64,000 nt of DNA from Candidatus Doudnabacteria bacterium (GTDB lineage Bacteria; Patescibacteriota; Doudnabacteria; UBA920; 2-01-FULL-46-14), in contig JBGQGB010000001.1 of the NCBI GenBank assembly GCA_041497195.1, positions 143,672-207,671 of the forward strand, read 5' to 3'. A model generated the notes under the pieces. That model did no database searches. It was given only the letters and a program-made list of their open reading frames with translations, and was not told where the DNA came from. Below, in pieces: positions 1-7,826 of the stretch. A program made the position numbers and the translations under genes. Every line of letters starts with the position of its first letter. The stretch's first letter is position 1.

Positions 1-961
1 GCAAAGCCATCACCTCAGCCGCCAAAATCGGCAGACCGGAAGCCATCGCTTCCATGGTCACGATGCTTTGCAGTTCTGCAATTCCGGCAATCACAAAAAT
101 GTGCGCGAGCGTATACAGCTTTGGTAAATCGTCGTCAGGAACAAATCCGGTGAAAGTCACCCTATCGCGCACACCCAAGGCTTCCGCTCGAGATTCCAGT
201 GCTTGGCGCTGGGTGCCAGAGCCGGCCAAGACTAAATGGGCTGAAGTTTTTTGCAGAATTTTCTGCAACGAGTGGAGGATGACATCGATTCGTTTCTCTT
301 TGTCCAAGCGCCCGACATACAAGAGAATCTTGCCATCCGGGATGCCATATCGTTTTTTCAGCTCCGCTCCGTCGTTGGCGGGATGAAACCTAGTGAGATC
401 GATACCGCAAGAGATGGAAATGACTTGCTTTTTCAGGCCGGCCCTTTCGGTGTGCTTCGCGGCCGTTACGGTGGGAGCGGTCACTACAGGTAACCATTTG
501 TAGACCCGTAAAAATTGGTTCCAGCCGAAACGCTTCAGTTTTTCTTCCGCCACTTTCGGGAGGTGCAAATAATGCACCAGGTTTTCCGGCATGAAATGGT
601 TGGTCCCCAAGGTCGGGATGCCTAACTCTCGGGCCACATCTGCCACTGCTTTGGCAATCATGAAATGACTCTGGAGATGGATTATCTCCGGCTTGATCCG
701 TTTGACTATTTTTCTGACCGAGCGCTTCGCCAAAAAAGATGGCGACACGCGAAAATCCGGATACACCAAAATGCTGACAGAACGAACCGCATAGACTTTC
801 ACCCCATTGTGGACAAAAGCTTCATCTCGGAAACTTCGCCCTGGACAGATGACTGACACGTCATGACCGCGGCGGGCCAAAGTAGTTGCCAACCGATAGG
901 AAAAATAAGCAGCTCCGTTGACGTCCGGGTGATAAGTGACGCAGCCTAATAGTATTTTCAT
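1..961 (-). CDS. GT4-family glycosyltransferase, partial (C-terminus beyond window start); missed by the ORF track because no stop lies inside the window
   Basis: Manual minus-strand translation from ATG at 961..959 gives MKILLGCVTYHPDVNGAAYFSYRLATTLARRGHDVSVICP... LYVGRLDKEKRIDVIL ... ELQSIVTMEAMASGLPILAAE. This is a typical GT4 N-terminal GT-B domain plus the EX7E motif. The plus-strand ORFs 54..386, 251..493 and 665..856 are its antisense shadows. Confidence 0.75.
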   Translation of the reverse strand, partial: MKILLGCVTYHPDVNGAAYFSYRLATTLARRGHDVSVICPGRSFRDEAFVHNGVKVYAVRSVSILVYPDFRVSPSFLAKRSVRKIVKRIKPEIIHLQSHFMIAKAVADVARELGIPTLGTNHFMPENLVHYLHLPKVAEEKLKRFGWNQFLRVYKWLPVVTAPTVTAAKHTERAGLKKQVISISCGIDLTRFHPANDGAELKKRYGIPDGKILLYVGRLDKEKRIDVILHSLQKILQKTSAHLVLAGSGTQRQALESRAEALGVRDRVTFTGFVPDDDLPKLYTLAHIFVIAGIAELQSIVTMEAMASGLPILAAEVMAL

Positions 962-964
962 AAA

Positions 965-1648
965 TCAGCCAAGTTCTCCATCTTCGTATTTTTTTCCAAT
1001 TTTTCTAACGACAAGATAAAGTATGATCAACAGCACAACCACGGCCACGGTCACCAAGGCTGTGTAATCGAGATATCTATTAAGCTGGGCATAAGCCTGA
1101 CCAAAATAAAACCCAATCAGCATCAGGATCAGCGCTTTCGGCAGCGTCGCTAAAAAATTATACCAAATAAACTTCCAAAAAGGAACTTTGGCCATGCCGG
1201 CCGCCACCAGAATTACTCCGCCAACCGCATGAGTGAGTTTCCCAAAAAAAAGGCTCTTGCCCCCGTGCTTTTCAAAATATGCTTCCATGAGCGCCAACCG
1301 CTCGGCAGTAATGCCGACGTAGCGACCCCAGCGTTCAATAAATCGATTTCGTCCCCAGCGTCCTATCGAATAATATAAACTATCCCCGACCAAATCGCCA
1401 AACAGCAAAACGAGATAGGCCAGAAAAAAGTTGAGATAGCCGAGGGAGACGAGAAACCCTCCGATAATCGTCACAATCGGTCCCTCCACGACGACAATGG
1501 GAAACAGCAATAAATATTTGTAGTGGATGAGCCAAGTTATTATCGTAGGCAAATCAAAATGCATATCTCGTATTATACACTTTTGCCGCAAAAAAGTAAG
1601 TAAAAACCGTCTCAGGGCAAGGGACCCAAACGTAAAAAAACTAATCAA
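965..1648 (-). CDS. DedA/TVP38 (SNARE-associated) family membrane protein
   Basis: 227 aa and polytopic. It carries the DedA core motifs (GPIVTIIGGFLVSLGYLNFFLAY..FGDLVGDSLYYSIGRWGR, FFGKLTHAVGGVILVAAGMAKVPFWKFIWYN). Confidence 0.8.
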   Translation of the reverse strand: MISFFTFGSLALRRFLLTFLRQKCIIRDMHFDLPTIITWLIHYKYLLLFPIVVVEGPIVTIIGGFLVSLGYLNFFLAYLVLLFGDLVGDSLYYSIGRWGRNRFIERWGRYVGITAERLALMEAYFEKHGGKSLFFGKLTHAVGGVILVAAGMAKVPFWKFIWYNFLATLPKALILMLIGFYFGQAYAQLNRYLDYTALVTVAVVVLLIILYLVVRKIGKKYEDGELG

Positions 1649-1651
1649 AAA

Positions 1652-2155
1652 TTAAGCATTCATGTCGTCTGTGGATACAAGCTCCCTAGATTTTCGAATG
1701 TAATAGTGGATAATAAGTGCGCTCGCAAGGAGAACGGTGCTCGAAAAAAAATTAGGAAGTGCTGTCCAGGAGCTAAGGCCACAACTCTCGACAACTCCGC
1801 TATCACCAACGGCAATGGTGCAAGGTCGAGCAAGATTGAGCACCGATATAGCATAGGCTAGGATAGAAAGGGCTATAAATACCCACGACCAAATCTTTTG
1901 GATCTTTATCCGCAGTAATGCAACCAAGCTAAACGTGATGCCTAGAAACCCAATTAAATATACAACAAATGGCAAATAGGCATTATAGAATATCATAAAA
2001 ACTGGCACAGGCAAGCCTGTAATGCGAAGGATAAGTAATGCGAAAATCCCAAAAGGGACAATTAAAAAACCGACTGGATTCGCCACTATTAATATCATGT
2101 AAAACACTGTAGCAATCCACCAGACCTTAAGAGAAGTTTTGAATAATTGCTTCAT
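1652..2155 (-). CDS. hypothetical polytopic membrane protein
   Basis: 167-aa ORF with 4-5 hydrophobic helices and no recognisable motif. It is packed tightly (3-nt gap) against the dedA-like gene. Confidence 0.45.
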   Translation of the reverse strand: MKQLFKTSLKVWWIATVFYMILIVANPVGFLIVPFGIFALLILRITGLPVPVFMIFYNAYLPFVVYLIGFLGITFSLVALLRIKIQKIWSWVFIALSILAYAISVLNLARPCTIAVGDSGVVESCGLSSWTALPNFFSSTVLLASALIIHYYIRKSRELVSTDDMNA

Positions 2156-2245
2156 CTAGAAAACTTACTTCCGATTGAATCGCATCGCACTGTTACTTTA
2201 ATATTAACATCTTATTTATTCATTGAATAGTAGCCGCGTGATGCC

Positions 2246-2272
2246 ACGAAGAAAGCGACCATCTCGGTCGCT
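2246..2272 (-). terminator. rho-independent terminator downstream of tRNA-Leu
   Basis: On the minus strand: AGCGACC-gagat-GGTCGCT (7-bp perfect stem) followed by TTTCTTCG, immediately 3' of the tRNA CCA end. Confidence 0.5.
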
Positions 2273-2278
2273 TAATAC

Positions 2279-2365
2279 TGGTGCCCGAGGAGAGACTCGA
2301 ACTCTCATGGTCTTGCGACCGCAGGATTTTGAGTCCTGTGCGTCTGCCAGTTCCGCCACTCGGGC
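2279..2365 (-). tRNA. tRNA-Leu (anticodon CAA), 87 nt, type II with long variable arm
   Basis: The reverse complement reads GCCCGAGTGGCGGAACTGGCAGACGCACAGGACTCAAAATCCTGCGGTCGCAAGACCATGAGAGTTCGAGTCTCTCCTCGGGCACCA. It has a 7-bp acceptor stem, an anticodon stem-loop CAGGA-CTCAAAA-TCCTG (anticodon CAA), a long variable arm, a T-loop GTTCGAGTC and an encoded CCA. Confidence 0.9.
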
Positions 2366-2376
2366 TAGTCTCCCAA

Positions 2377-2385
2377 AGTATATCA
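2377..2385 (-). promoter_or_regulatory. putative extended -10 promoter (TGaTATACT) for tRNA-Leu
   Basis: The minus strand reads ttTGaTATACTttgggagactaGCCCGAG. A TGnTATACT element sits about 11 nt upstream of the tRNA 5' end. Confidence 0.35.
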
Positions 2386-2399
2386 AAATTTTGACTGCA

Positions 2400-2431
2400 A
2401 AAAAAGCGCCACAGAACGAGGCGCTTTTTTC
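2400..2431. terminator. bidirectional rho-independent terminator (ends the upstream surface-protein transcript)
   Basis: AGCGCC-acagaacgag-GGCGCT stem flanked by an A-run and a T-run, 17 nt downstream of the stop of ORF 2448..3761. Confidence 0.6.
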
Positions 2432-2447
2432 AAATTCGAACCAAAAA

Positions 2448-3761
2448 TCAGGGTTGGATGGTGAACGTATTATCGCTCTGATCGCTGACAGAGCCTCCGC
2501 CACCAGGCGAGCCCTGAGAAAGAACAACGATTTTGTAGTTCGTCGCCGCAGACACATTGTCAGGCACCCAAGTGTAGCTGCTATCCAAAATATTCGTGGT
2601 GATGCTCTGATTGATACCCGCCCGGCTGAAATAGATATCGACTTTACCCTGGGATTGATCTGGATACCAGTTTCGTTTCCAGGTAATCTTGATCGGCTGT
2701 AAATGCGCAAACGTTTCTTCACCATTTGGGGTCAACACAGTGACAGCCGGTCCGAAAGCCGACGTATCATTACCAACATTGACCTGATAAGTACTACTCG
2801 AAGTGCCGCCCTTTCCGTCGCTCACGCTTACTATGATGGAATATTGGCCCAAAAAGCTCCACGCATGACTGACAGTCGAGCTTGTTCCGGACGAAGCAAG
2901 TGTGGTGTATTTAGGCGTGGCATCCCCCCAGTCGACGATATAAGTGAGTCTGTCATTGTCCGGATCAGCTGCCGTGATTGTAAAATTTTGCGTGGTTGCG
3001 GGAAACGTGGCGATCACTCCGCTGATCACGGGTGCCGAGGGTGGCTGGTTGGATGATGTGCCAGTACCGTAGCCGGGTGTTGGAGAGGGCGTCGGAGTCG
3101 GAGCAGGTTGCGGAACCTGCACGGGTGGACTACTGGGCTGCCCTTCGATTGGCAAAGCCAGGTCTGCCGTGTTTGTGGCAACGATATTTTGCAGCTGGTA
3201 CCGAGCTGCATAAAAAGCCTCAAGCGACGGGATGCCCCGCCTGCCCGCATCTGTGATCAAATAAACCGTGCCGCTGTCATTTATGAGCGTGCCGGGCAGA
3301 TGCGCGGAACTTGCCGAGTCTATAGTCGCGGTCGGCAGAAGTCTCGAAAGAGTTGTCCCTGGCTCTCGCAGGACACTGGCAAAAGAATAACCCAAACCGA
3401 GAAAAACATCGGCCGAGGAAAACGGATGTTTCGTTCCATCAGAAATCAAGTATACAGTCGGGGTATGGTCTTTGACCAAAGCGCCGTCGCGGTAGGACAT
3501 CAGCGGCCCCTCCGGCAGAGCCAAGTCTGCGGTAGTCGCCGGCGTGGCGTCACCGAACAGGTACCCGTTGGAAAAATAAATAGTCCTCGATGGAAAGCCG
3601 CGACGCTGCCCGCCGCTAATCAAAAATATGGCCCCGTTTGGAGCGCGCACCACTGCCCCTTCGTTGCCTGTTCCTAGGGCAATCGCGGGAAGCGAAAACA
3701 ATGTACCAAGTAGAGCTCCGGCTAAAACAGCAGAATCAAAAAATTGAATTTTTTTTCTCAT
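2448..3761 (-). CDS. secreted cell-surface protein with three N-terminal repeats, a Pro/Thr linker and a PKD-like domain
   Basis: 437 aa with an N-terminal signal peptide (MRKKIQFFDSAVLAGALLGTLFSLPAIALG). Three similar roughly 60-aa repeats are present (AIFLISGGQRRGFP / VYLISDGTKHPF / VYLITDAGRRGIP). A PQPAPTPTPSPTP linker follows, then a PKD-like beta domain (TYIVDWGDATP...SHAWSFLGQYSIIVSVSDGKGGTSSSTYQVNV) and a Ser/Gly-rich C-terminus. Confidence 0.65.
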   Translation of the reverse strand: MRKKIQFFDSAVLAGALLGTLFSLPAIALGTGNEGAVVRAPNGAIFLISGGQRRGFPSRTIYFSNGYLFGDATPATTADLALPEGPLMSYRDGALVKDHTPTVYLISDGTKHPFSSADVFLGLGYSFASVLREPGTTLSRLLPTATIDSASSAHLPGTLINDSGTVYLITDAGRRGIPSLEAFYAARYQLQNIVATNTADLALPIEGQPSSPPVQVPQPAPTPTPSPTPGYGTGTSSNQPPSAPVISGVIATFPATTQNFTITAADPDNDRLTYIVDWGDATPKYTTLASSGTSSTVSHAWSFLGQYSIIVSVSDGKGGTSSSTYQVNVGNDTSAFGPAVTVLTPNGEETFAHLQPIKITWKRNWYPDQSQGKVDIYFSRAGINQSITTNILDSSYTWVPDNVSAATNYKIVVLSQGSPGGGGSVSDQSDNTFTIQP

Positions 3762-3796
3762 ATGTATTTTAGATTGAAGCTTGGATTCTTTCTATA

Positions 3797-3825
3797 TTTA
3801 TATCACCTCACGGCCGATAATGCAA
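3797..3825 (-). promoter_or_regulatory. sigma70-like promoter for the surface-protein gene
   Basis: The minus strand reads TTGCAT-17 nt-TATAAA, ending about 35 nt upstream of the ATG at 3761. Confidence 0.4.
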
Positions 3826-3831
3826 GATTTT

Positions 3832-6339
3832 TCAATTCACCAGCTGCGGATCAATTTCCACCACCTGACCCCGCTTGATTTCGCCAGAAATAAGTCCTTT
3901 GGCAATGTAATTTTCAATCCGATCCTGGATGTAACGACGCAAAGGCCGGGCCCCAAATTCGGCACTATACCCTCCTCTCGCCACTGTAGCCGCCAGCTCG
4001 GGAGTGATATTGATTTTTATGTCTTTTTGAGCCAAACGCACGTTCAGTTCTCGCAGCAAAAGCATGGCTACTTGCGTCAATTCCTCTTCCGTCAAGGGGC
4101 GGAAAATGATGACCGCATCAAAACGGTTCAAAAACTCGGGCCGGAATATTCCTTGCCGCTGGATGCTATCCAAAAGCTGATCGCGCGCCTCAGCCGGATT
4201 TTGGCCGCTCTTGACCATTTGCCGAATCTCCTCGGCTCCCGCGTTTGACGTGGCAATGATCATGGTATTGACGAAACTGACGCTGCGACCCAAAAAATCC
4301 GTCAAGCGGCCTTCATCCAAAACTTGCAAAAACAAATCCAAAACCTTGGAATGGGCTTTTTCCAATTCATCAAATAAGATCAAAGAGAAAGGGTTCTGCA
4401 GCACGGCTTCGGTCAGAAGGCCGCCCGCATTTGTATCAGCATCGCCAATCAAACGGTTGATGCTGTGGACCTCCTGAAACTCGGACATATCAAACCTGAT
4501 AATCCTTTGCTCGCTACCAAAATACACAGCGGCCAAGGCCTTGGTCGTTTCCGTCTTCCCGACCCCGGTCGGACCCATGAAAAGAAAACTACCAATCGGG
4601 TGTTTTTCCGAACGAATCCCCGACCTGGCGCGGCGAAGGGCATTGGCCAGCTGTTCAATCGCTTCCTGCTGCCCGACGATGCGCTCGTGCAGAATTGTCT
4701 CCAAATTCATGAGTGTATCTTTTTCTGCAGCAGCGACCTTTTCCACCGGAACCTTCGTCCTCTGGCTAACGACTTTTCTGACGTGCTCCGCAGAAACAAT
4801 CTTTTCGCCCAATTTGGTGACCACAAAGACAGCAGTTTCTTCCAAAATTTCCAGGGATTTTTCAGGATTAGGCAAAGTTTGAATGAGCTTTTCACTCAAT
4901 GCGACTATCTCATGCAACGATTCATGGGTAAACCACAAACCAAAACGCTTCTCCGCCGGTACGGCAGCGTCTTGTAAAATGAGCAAAGTTTCGGCCGCCG
5001 ACGGCTCGCTTAGTTCCAGCTTGCTCATCAAGCGTTCAAGTTGAGGGTTTTTCCCGATTGTCGCTTGGTAACCTTGAAACGTCGTGATACCCATGACCCT
5101 CAGGCCTGACTGCAAAAACGGAAGGAGGGCTTCAGCCGCGTTGACTCGCCCCGCCTCTGGATGCGGATCAAGGAAAGCATCAAAATTGTTGATTACCAGG
5201 ATCACATTTTCTGCCGAGAGCGCCTCGCTGAACAGAGCCCGAATATGTTCCAAAACTTCATTGAGTGACTTGGTCCCGCCAATCACAGCCGCCGAGTCAA
5301 TCTGCAATAACCGCTTGTAGCGAAGCGGACCCAAAACGTCTCCACGGTTGAGTTTCGCTGCAAAAGCGCGCAGCAAAGTGTGCCGGCCGACTCCCGGGGC
5401 CCCGACTAAAACGACATTTCCGAAACCCGCCGAGCGCACCAGCGCGCGTTGCAAAATCTCCACTTGATTATTGCGTCCGTAGAGATGTTCGGGTGGTTTG
5501 TGAATCCGAACCAGGGCGGTCAAATCCGTCGCCACTCTATCCAAATTTATGGTATACCCGGCTGCCCAGTCCTTGCCGATGCCTTTGGTATCCAATAAAT
5601 TTTCTCGGGTCCAAAACTCACCACGCTGCATTTTCGAAACATCCAATCGCCGGCGCCAGTCAGCGACTTCTCGCAAATCTTTTTCCTCGATCTCAAATTC
5701 AAACATCAGTTTCTGAAAAATTTTATCCAATTCGAAAACCGCCACCAGCAGGTCCGCTTCGGTAATCTGCAGGTTGTTACCGGCCAAGACCTTTTGCCAG
5801 GCCGTCAGCAAAACTTCGCGCAGAGACAAAGCGGCCGCTGGCGGGTATTGTTCCTTTACTTTTCTGCCCAATTCCTCTGGCGGGAGGTCGAGCCGGTGCC
5901 AAACCCATAGAAAACTTTCGTGTCGCAATAGGTAATCCCAAAACTGGGCTAACAAAAAATTTTCTCCGCGCGCTCCCACGTCTATCAAACGAGCGGCTGA
6001 AAAGCTCAAAATCCGGCCATACGACTCATGCTCCCAGGATTTTTGAAGTTCCTCGAAATTGGCCGGATGCTCATTTTGTAAAAAAACTAGAAAAAGCCAA
6101 TAAAGTCCCAGTAGCAGAAAAAACCCAAAGAAAACCTCGGCTGTGCCAAAGGCAAACCATAGAATCGAAGACTTGGTGTCCCCAAGCAAAATAGTTGTAA
6201 AAAAACCAGTTAGACTGATCACTCCGGCAAGCCACAGAAAAACTCCAGTCCGTGATCTGGACAAATGTCTTTCCAGGATCAGGGCCGACCTGTAACCGGA
6301 CTGTTCAATATAGATATCTTTTCCTGATAAAATTTTCAT
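3832..6339 (-). CDS. membrane-anchored Clp/Hsp100-family double AAA+ ATPase, ClpB-like, with degenerate D1 and canonical D2
   Basis: D2 is canonical: [15 protein letters not shown] (Walker A), LILFDELEKAH (Walker B) and GARPLRRYI (sensor 2). D1 reads GAPGVGRHTLL with ILVINNFDAF, so the Walker A Lys is Arg and the Walker B DE is NN. Two N-terminal TM helices are present (VFLWLAGVISLTGFFTTILL, FGFFLLLGLYWLFLVFL). The chosen start is the ATG at 6339, which overlaps the stop of the upstream ORF (ATGA); the longest ORF would extend to 6525. No ClpB middle domain and no ClpP-binding IG[FL] loop were seen. Confidence 0.8.
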   Translation of the reverse strand: MKILSGKDIYIEQSGYRSALILERHLSRSRTGVFLWLAGVISLTGFFTTILLGDTKSSILWFAFGTAEVFFGFFLLLGLYWLFLVFLQNEHPANFEELQKSWEHESYGRILSFSAARLIDVGARGENFLLAQFWDYLLRHESFLWVWHRLDLPPEELGRKVKEQYPPAAALSLREVLLTAWQKVLAGNNLQITEADLLVAVFELDKIFQKLMFEFEIEEKDLREVADWRRRLDVSKMQRGEFWTRENLLDTKGIGKDWAAGYTINLDRVATDLTALVRIHKPPEHLYGRNNQVEILQRALVRSAGFGNVVLVGAPGVGRHTLLRAFAAKLNRGDVLGPLRYKRLLQIDSAAVIGGTKSLNEVLEHIRALFSEALSAENVILVINNFDAFLDPHPEAGRVNAAEALLPFLQSGLRVMGITTFQGYQATIGKNPQLERLMSKLELSEPSAAETLLILQDAAVPAEKRFGLWFTHESLHEIVALSEKLIQTLPNPEKSLEILEETAVFVVTKLGEKIVSAEHVRKVVSQRTKVPVEKVAAAEKDTLMNLETILHERIVGQQEAIEQLANALRRARSGIRSEKHPIGSFLFMGPTGVGKTETTKALAAVYFGSEQRIIRFDMSEFQEVHSINRLIGDADTNAGGLLTEAVLQNPFSLILFDELEKAHSKVLDLFLQVLDEGRLTDFLGRSVSFVNTMIIATSNAGAEEIRQMVKSGQNPAEARDQLLDSIQRQGIFRPEFLNRFDAVIIFRPLTEEELTQVAMLLLRELNVRLAQKDIKINITPELAATVARGGYSAEFGARPLRRYIQDRIENYIAKGLISGEIKRGQVVEIDPQLVN

Positions 6340-6728
6340 ATTCTCAAAGTCGGCGTGATGAATCCGGCAAAAAACAGCCCCACAATCAAAATCGGCAAAA
6401 CGTACCACAAAATAAAAGCGGCTAATGTCAAAAGTGTGAAAAAAATAAAAACAACCAAGCCCGCCGCCATCACTACGAGCCGCAAGACGGCCCCGATGAA
6501 ACGCGAAATAAAATTCCAGCCCCACACGTGGAGAAACCGCGCTAGGTCAAATCCTCGACCATAAGAGCTGACGTCCTTGTGCCAGGGCGCAAACAAGCGA
6601 GGCACAAAATAGCCGATGGAAAAAAATCTCCAGGTCCAAGTCAAAAAATTCCGTCCCGTCCGCAAAACCTCCACCGGGGCTTGCCAGAAAAACCAACGGA
6701 TAAACAAAAGGAAAATACTGTCGGTCAT
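6336..6728 (-). CDS. small polytopic membrane protein, translationally coupled to the Clp-like ATPase
   Basis: The ORF runs 6336..6824. The likely start is the internal Met (MTDSIFLLF) at 6728, to avoid overlapping the PAP2 gene. It has 3-4 hydrophobic helices, and its stop TGA overlaps the ATG of the Clp-like gene. Confidence 0.45.
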   Translation of the reverse strand: MTDSIFLLFIRWFFWQAPVEVLRTGRNFLTWTWRFFSIGYFVPRLFAPWHKDVSSYGRGFDLARFLHVWGWNFISRFIGAVLRLVVMAAGLVVFIFFTLLTLAAFILWYVLPILIVGLFFAGFITPTLRI

Positions 6729-6762
6729 CGATGCAAAACTTTCAAAAAGTGAAAAGCCTTTT

Positions 6763-7281
6763 TTAACTTGTTTGTTTCTTCCGCGTCCACGCCAAACGCA
6801 CCAAAAAGACCGAAAACCAGGCAACTGCTATCCCCCCGACGATATCCACCGGATAATGTACGCCGGCGTAAACTCTGATGAAACCCTCGAGTAGAGCTCC
6901 TAGTATTAAGATAACACCGAACTTTTTATCGAACAAATACACGGCAAAAGCAATGGCAAACATGTAGGAAGCATGCCCGGAAGGAAAGGCTGACTCTGCT
7001 GCGCTCTGCGCCACCAGTTGGTGCACGTTTGGCAGAACGACGAATGGGCGCAAACGATGATATGAGTAATGAATAACTTCGGCAAAAACTCCGCGGGCCA
7101 GCAACGCAGAGAGGCCTGCTATCCAAAAAATCTTTCGATTTTTGAAAAAGTAATACAGTAAAATCCCTGTGTAAACAACCAGGGAGATTTTGTTGAGAGC
7201 AAAAAACAGGCCGTCCCAAAGATGGGAATGATGGGCAAGGCCATATATAGCATAAAACCATTTTGTATCTAGACTGGACAC
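6763..7281 (-). CDS. PAP2-family phosphatase (phosphatidic acid / undecaprenyl-diphosphate phosphatase type)
   Basis: It carries PAP2 signature motifs: YHRLRPF (KX6RP-like), PSGHAS (PSGH), and RVYAGVHYPVDIVGG (SRX5HX3D). Confidence 0.8.
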   Translation of the reverse strand: MSSLDTKWFYAIYGLAHHSHLWDGLFFALNKISLVVYTGILLYYFFKNRKIFWIAGLSALLARGVFAEVIHYSYHRLRPFVVLPNVHQLVAQSAAESAFPSGHASYMFAIAFAVYLFDKKFGVILILGALLEGFIRVYAGVHYPVDIVGGIAVAWFSVFLVRLAWTRKKQTS

Positions 7282-7821
7282 TTATTTTTGTTTCAAACTC
7301 ATCGTTTTTAAAATCTTGTAAACTTGACCTTGATCGTCTTTCAACCCTACTCCGATTGTTTCCAACTTAAAAGTTGTGCTCAAAGCGGATTGATTCCGCG
7401 ACATTTGTAGCGCAAATCCGGGCTCTTTGAATCTGGTTAAAGTGACATGAGGGCTATAAGGAAGCCTCGGGGGTCTGATTTTCTTGGCGTAACGTTTTGT
7501 TTCTGTCCCTAGGCGTTTACGAAATTTTTCTAATTCTCTTCTCGGTTTTATATTTAAGACGAGGAAGCCGCCTTTGTCGCTCGAATAACCGTCTGTACGG
7601 ACGGGAAAAGCTTTCACTCCTTCCAAAAAAACAGTCAGTTTGCTCAAAACGAAATTCAATTTATTCTTATTAACCGTTGCCCCAAACAAAGTTATGTGGG
7701 GGGAAAATTTCTTGCTATCAACAATAAACCGATGGGGATGAAGTCGCGCAACTCGCTGGGCATTCTTAGCCACCTTTGAATTTATGTCTGGCGGCAACAA
7801 AATAAAAAAATTTACTTCCAT
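7282..7821 (-). CDS. 2H phosphoesterase superfamily protein (RNA 2',3'-cyclic phosphodiesterase ThpR/LigT-like)
   Basis: Two H-x-T-L motifs are present (PHITLFG and PHVTLTRF), about 90 aa apart, as in LigT/ThpR. Confidence 0.7.
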   Translation of the reverse strand: MEVNFFILLPPDINSKVAKNAQRVARLHPHRFIVDSKKFSPHITLFGATVNKNKLNFVLSKLTVFLEGVKAFPVRTDGYSSDKGGFLVLNIKPRRELEKFRKRLGTETKRYAKKIRPPRLPYSPHVTLTRFKEPGFALQMSRNQSALSTTFKLETIGVGLKDDQGQVYKILKTMSLKQK

Positions 7822-7826
7822 AACAT

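Noticed and set aside
54-856. Plus-strand ORFs 54..386, 251..493 and 665..856 from the ORF track
   Set aside because: They lie antisense to a well-supported GT4 glycosyltransferase reading frame on the minus strand (1..961) and have no recognisable motifs.
6340-6525. Longer N-terminal extension of the Clp-like ORF (start at 6525)
   Set aside because: The extension is Cys/Phe-rich and non-homologous, and it overlaps the upstream membrane-protein gene. The ATG at 6339 gives a clean ATGA overlap, which suggests translational coupling.
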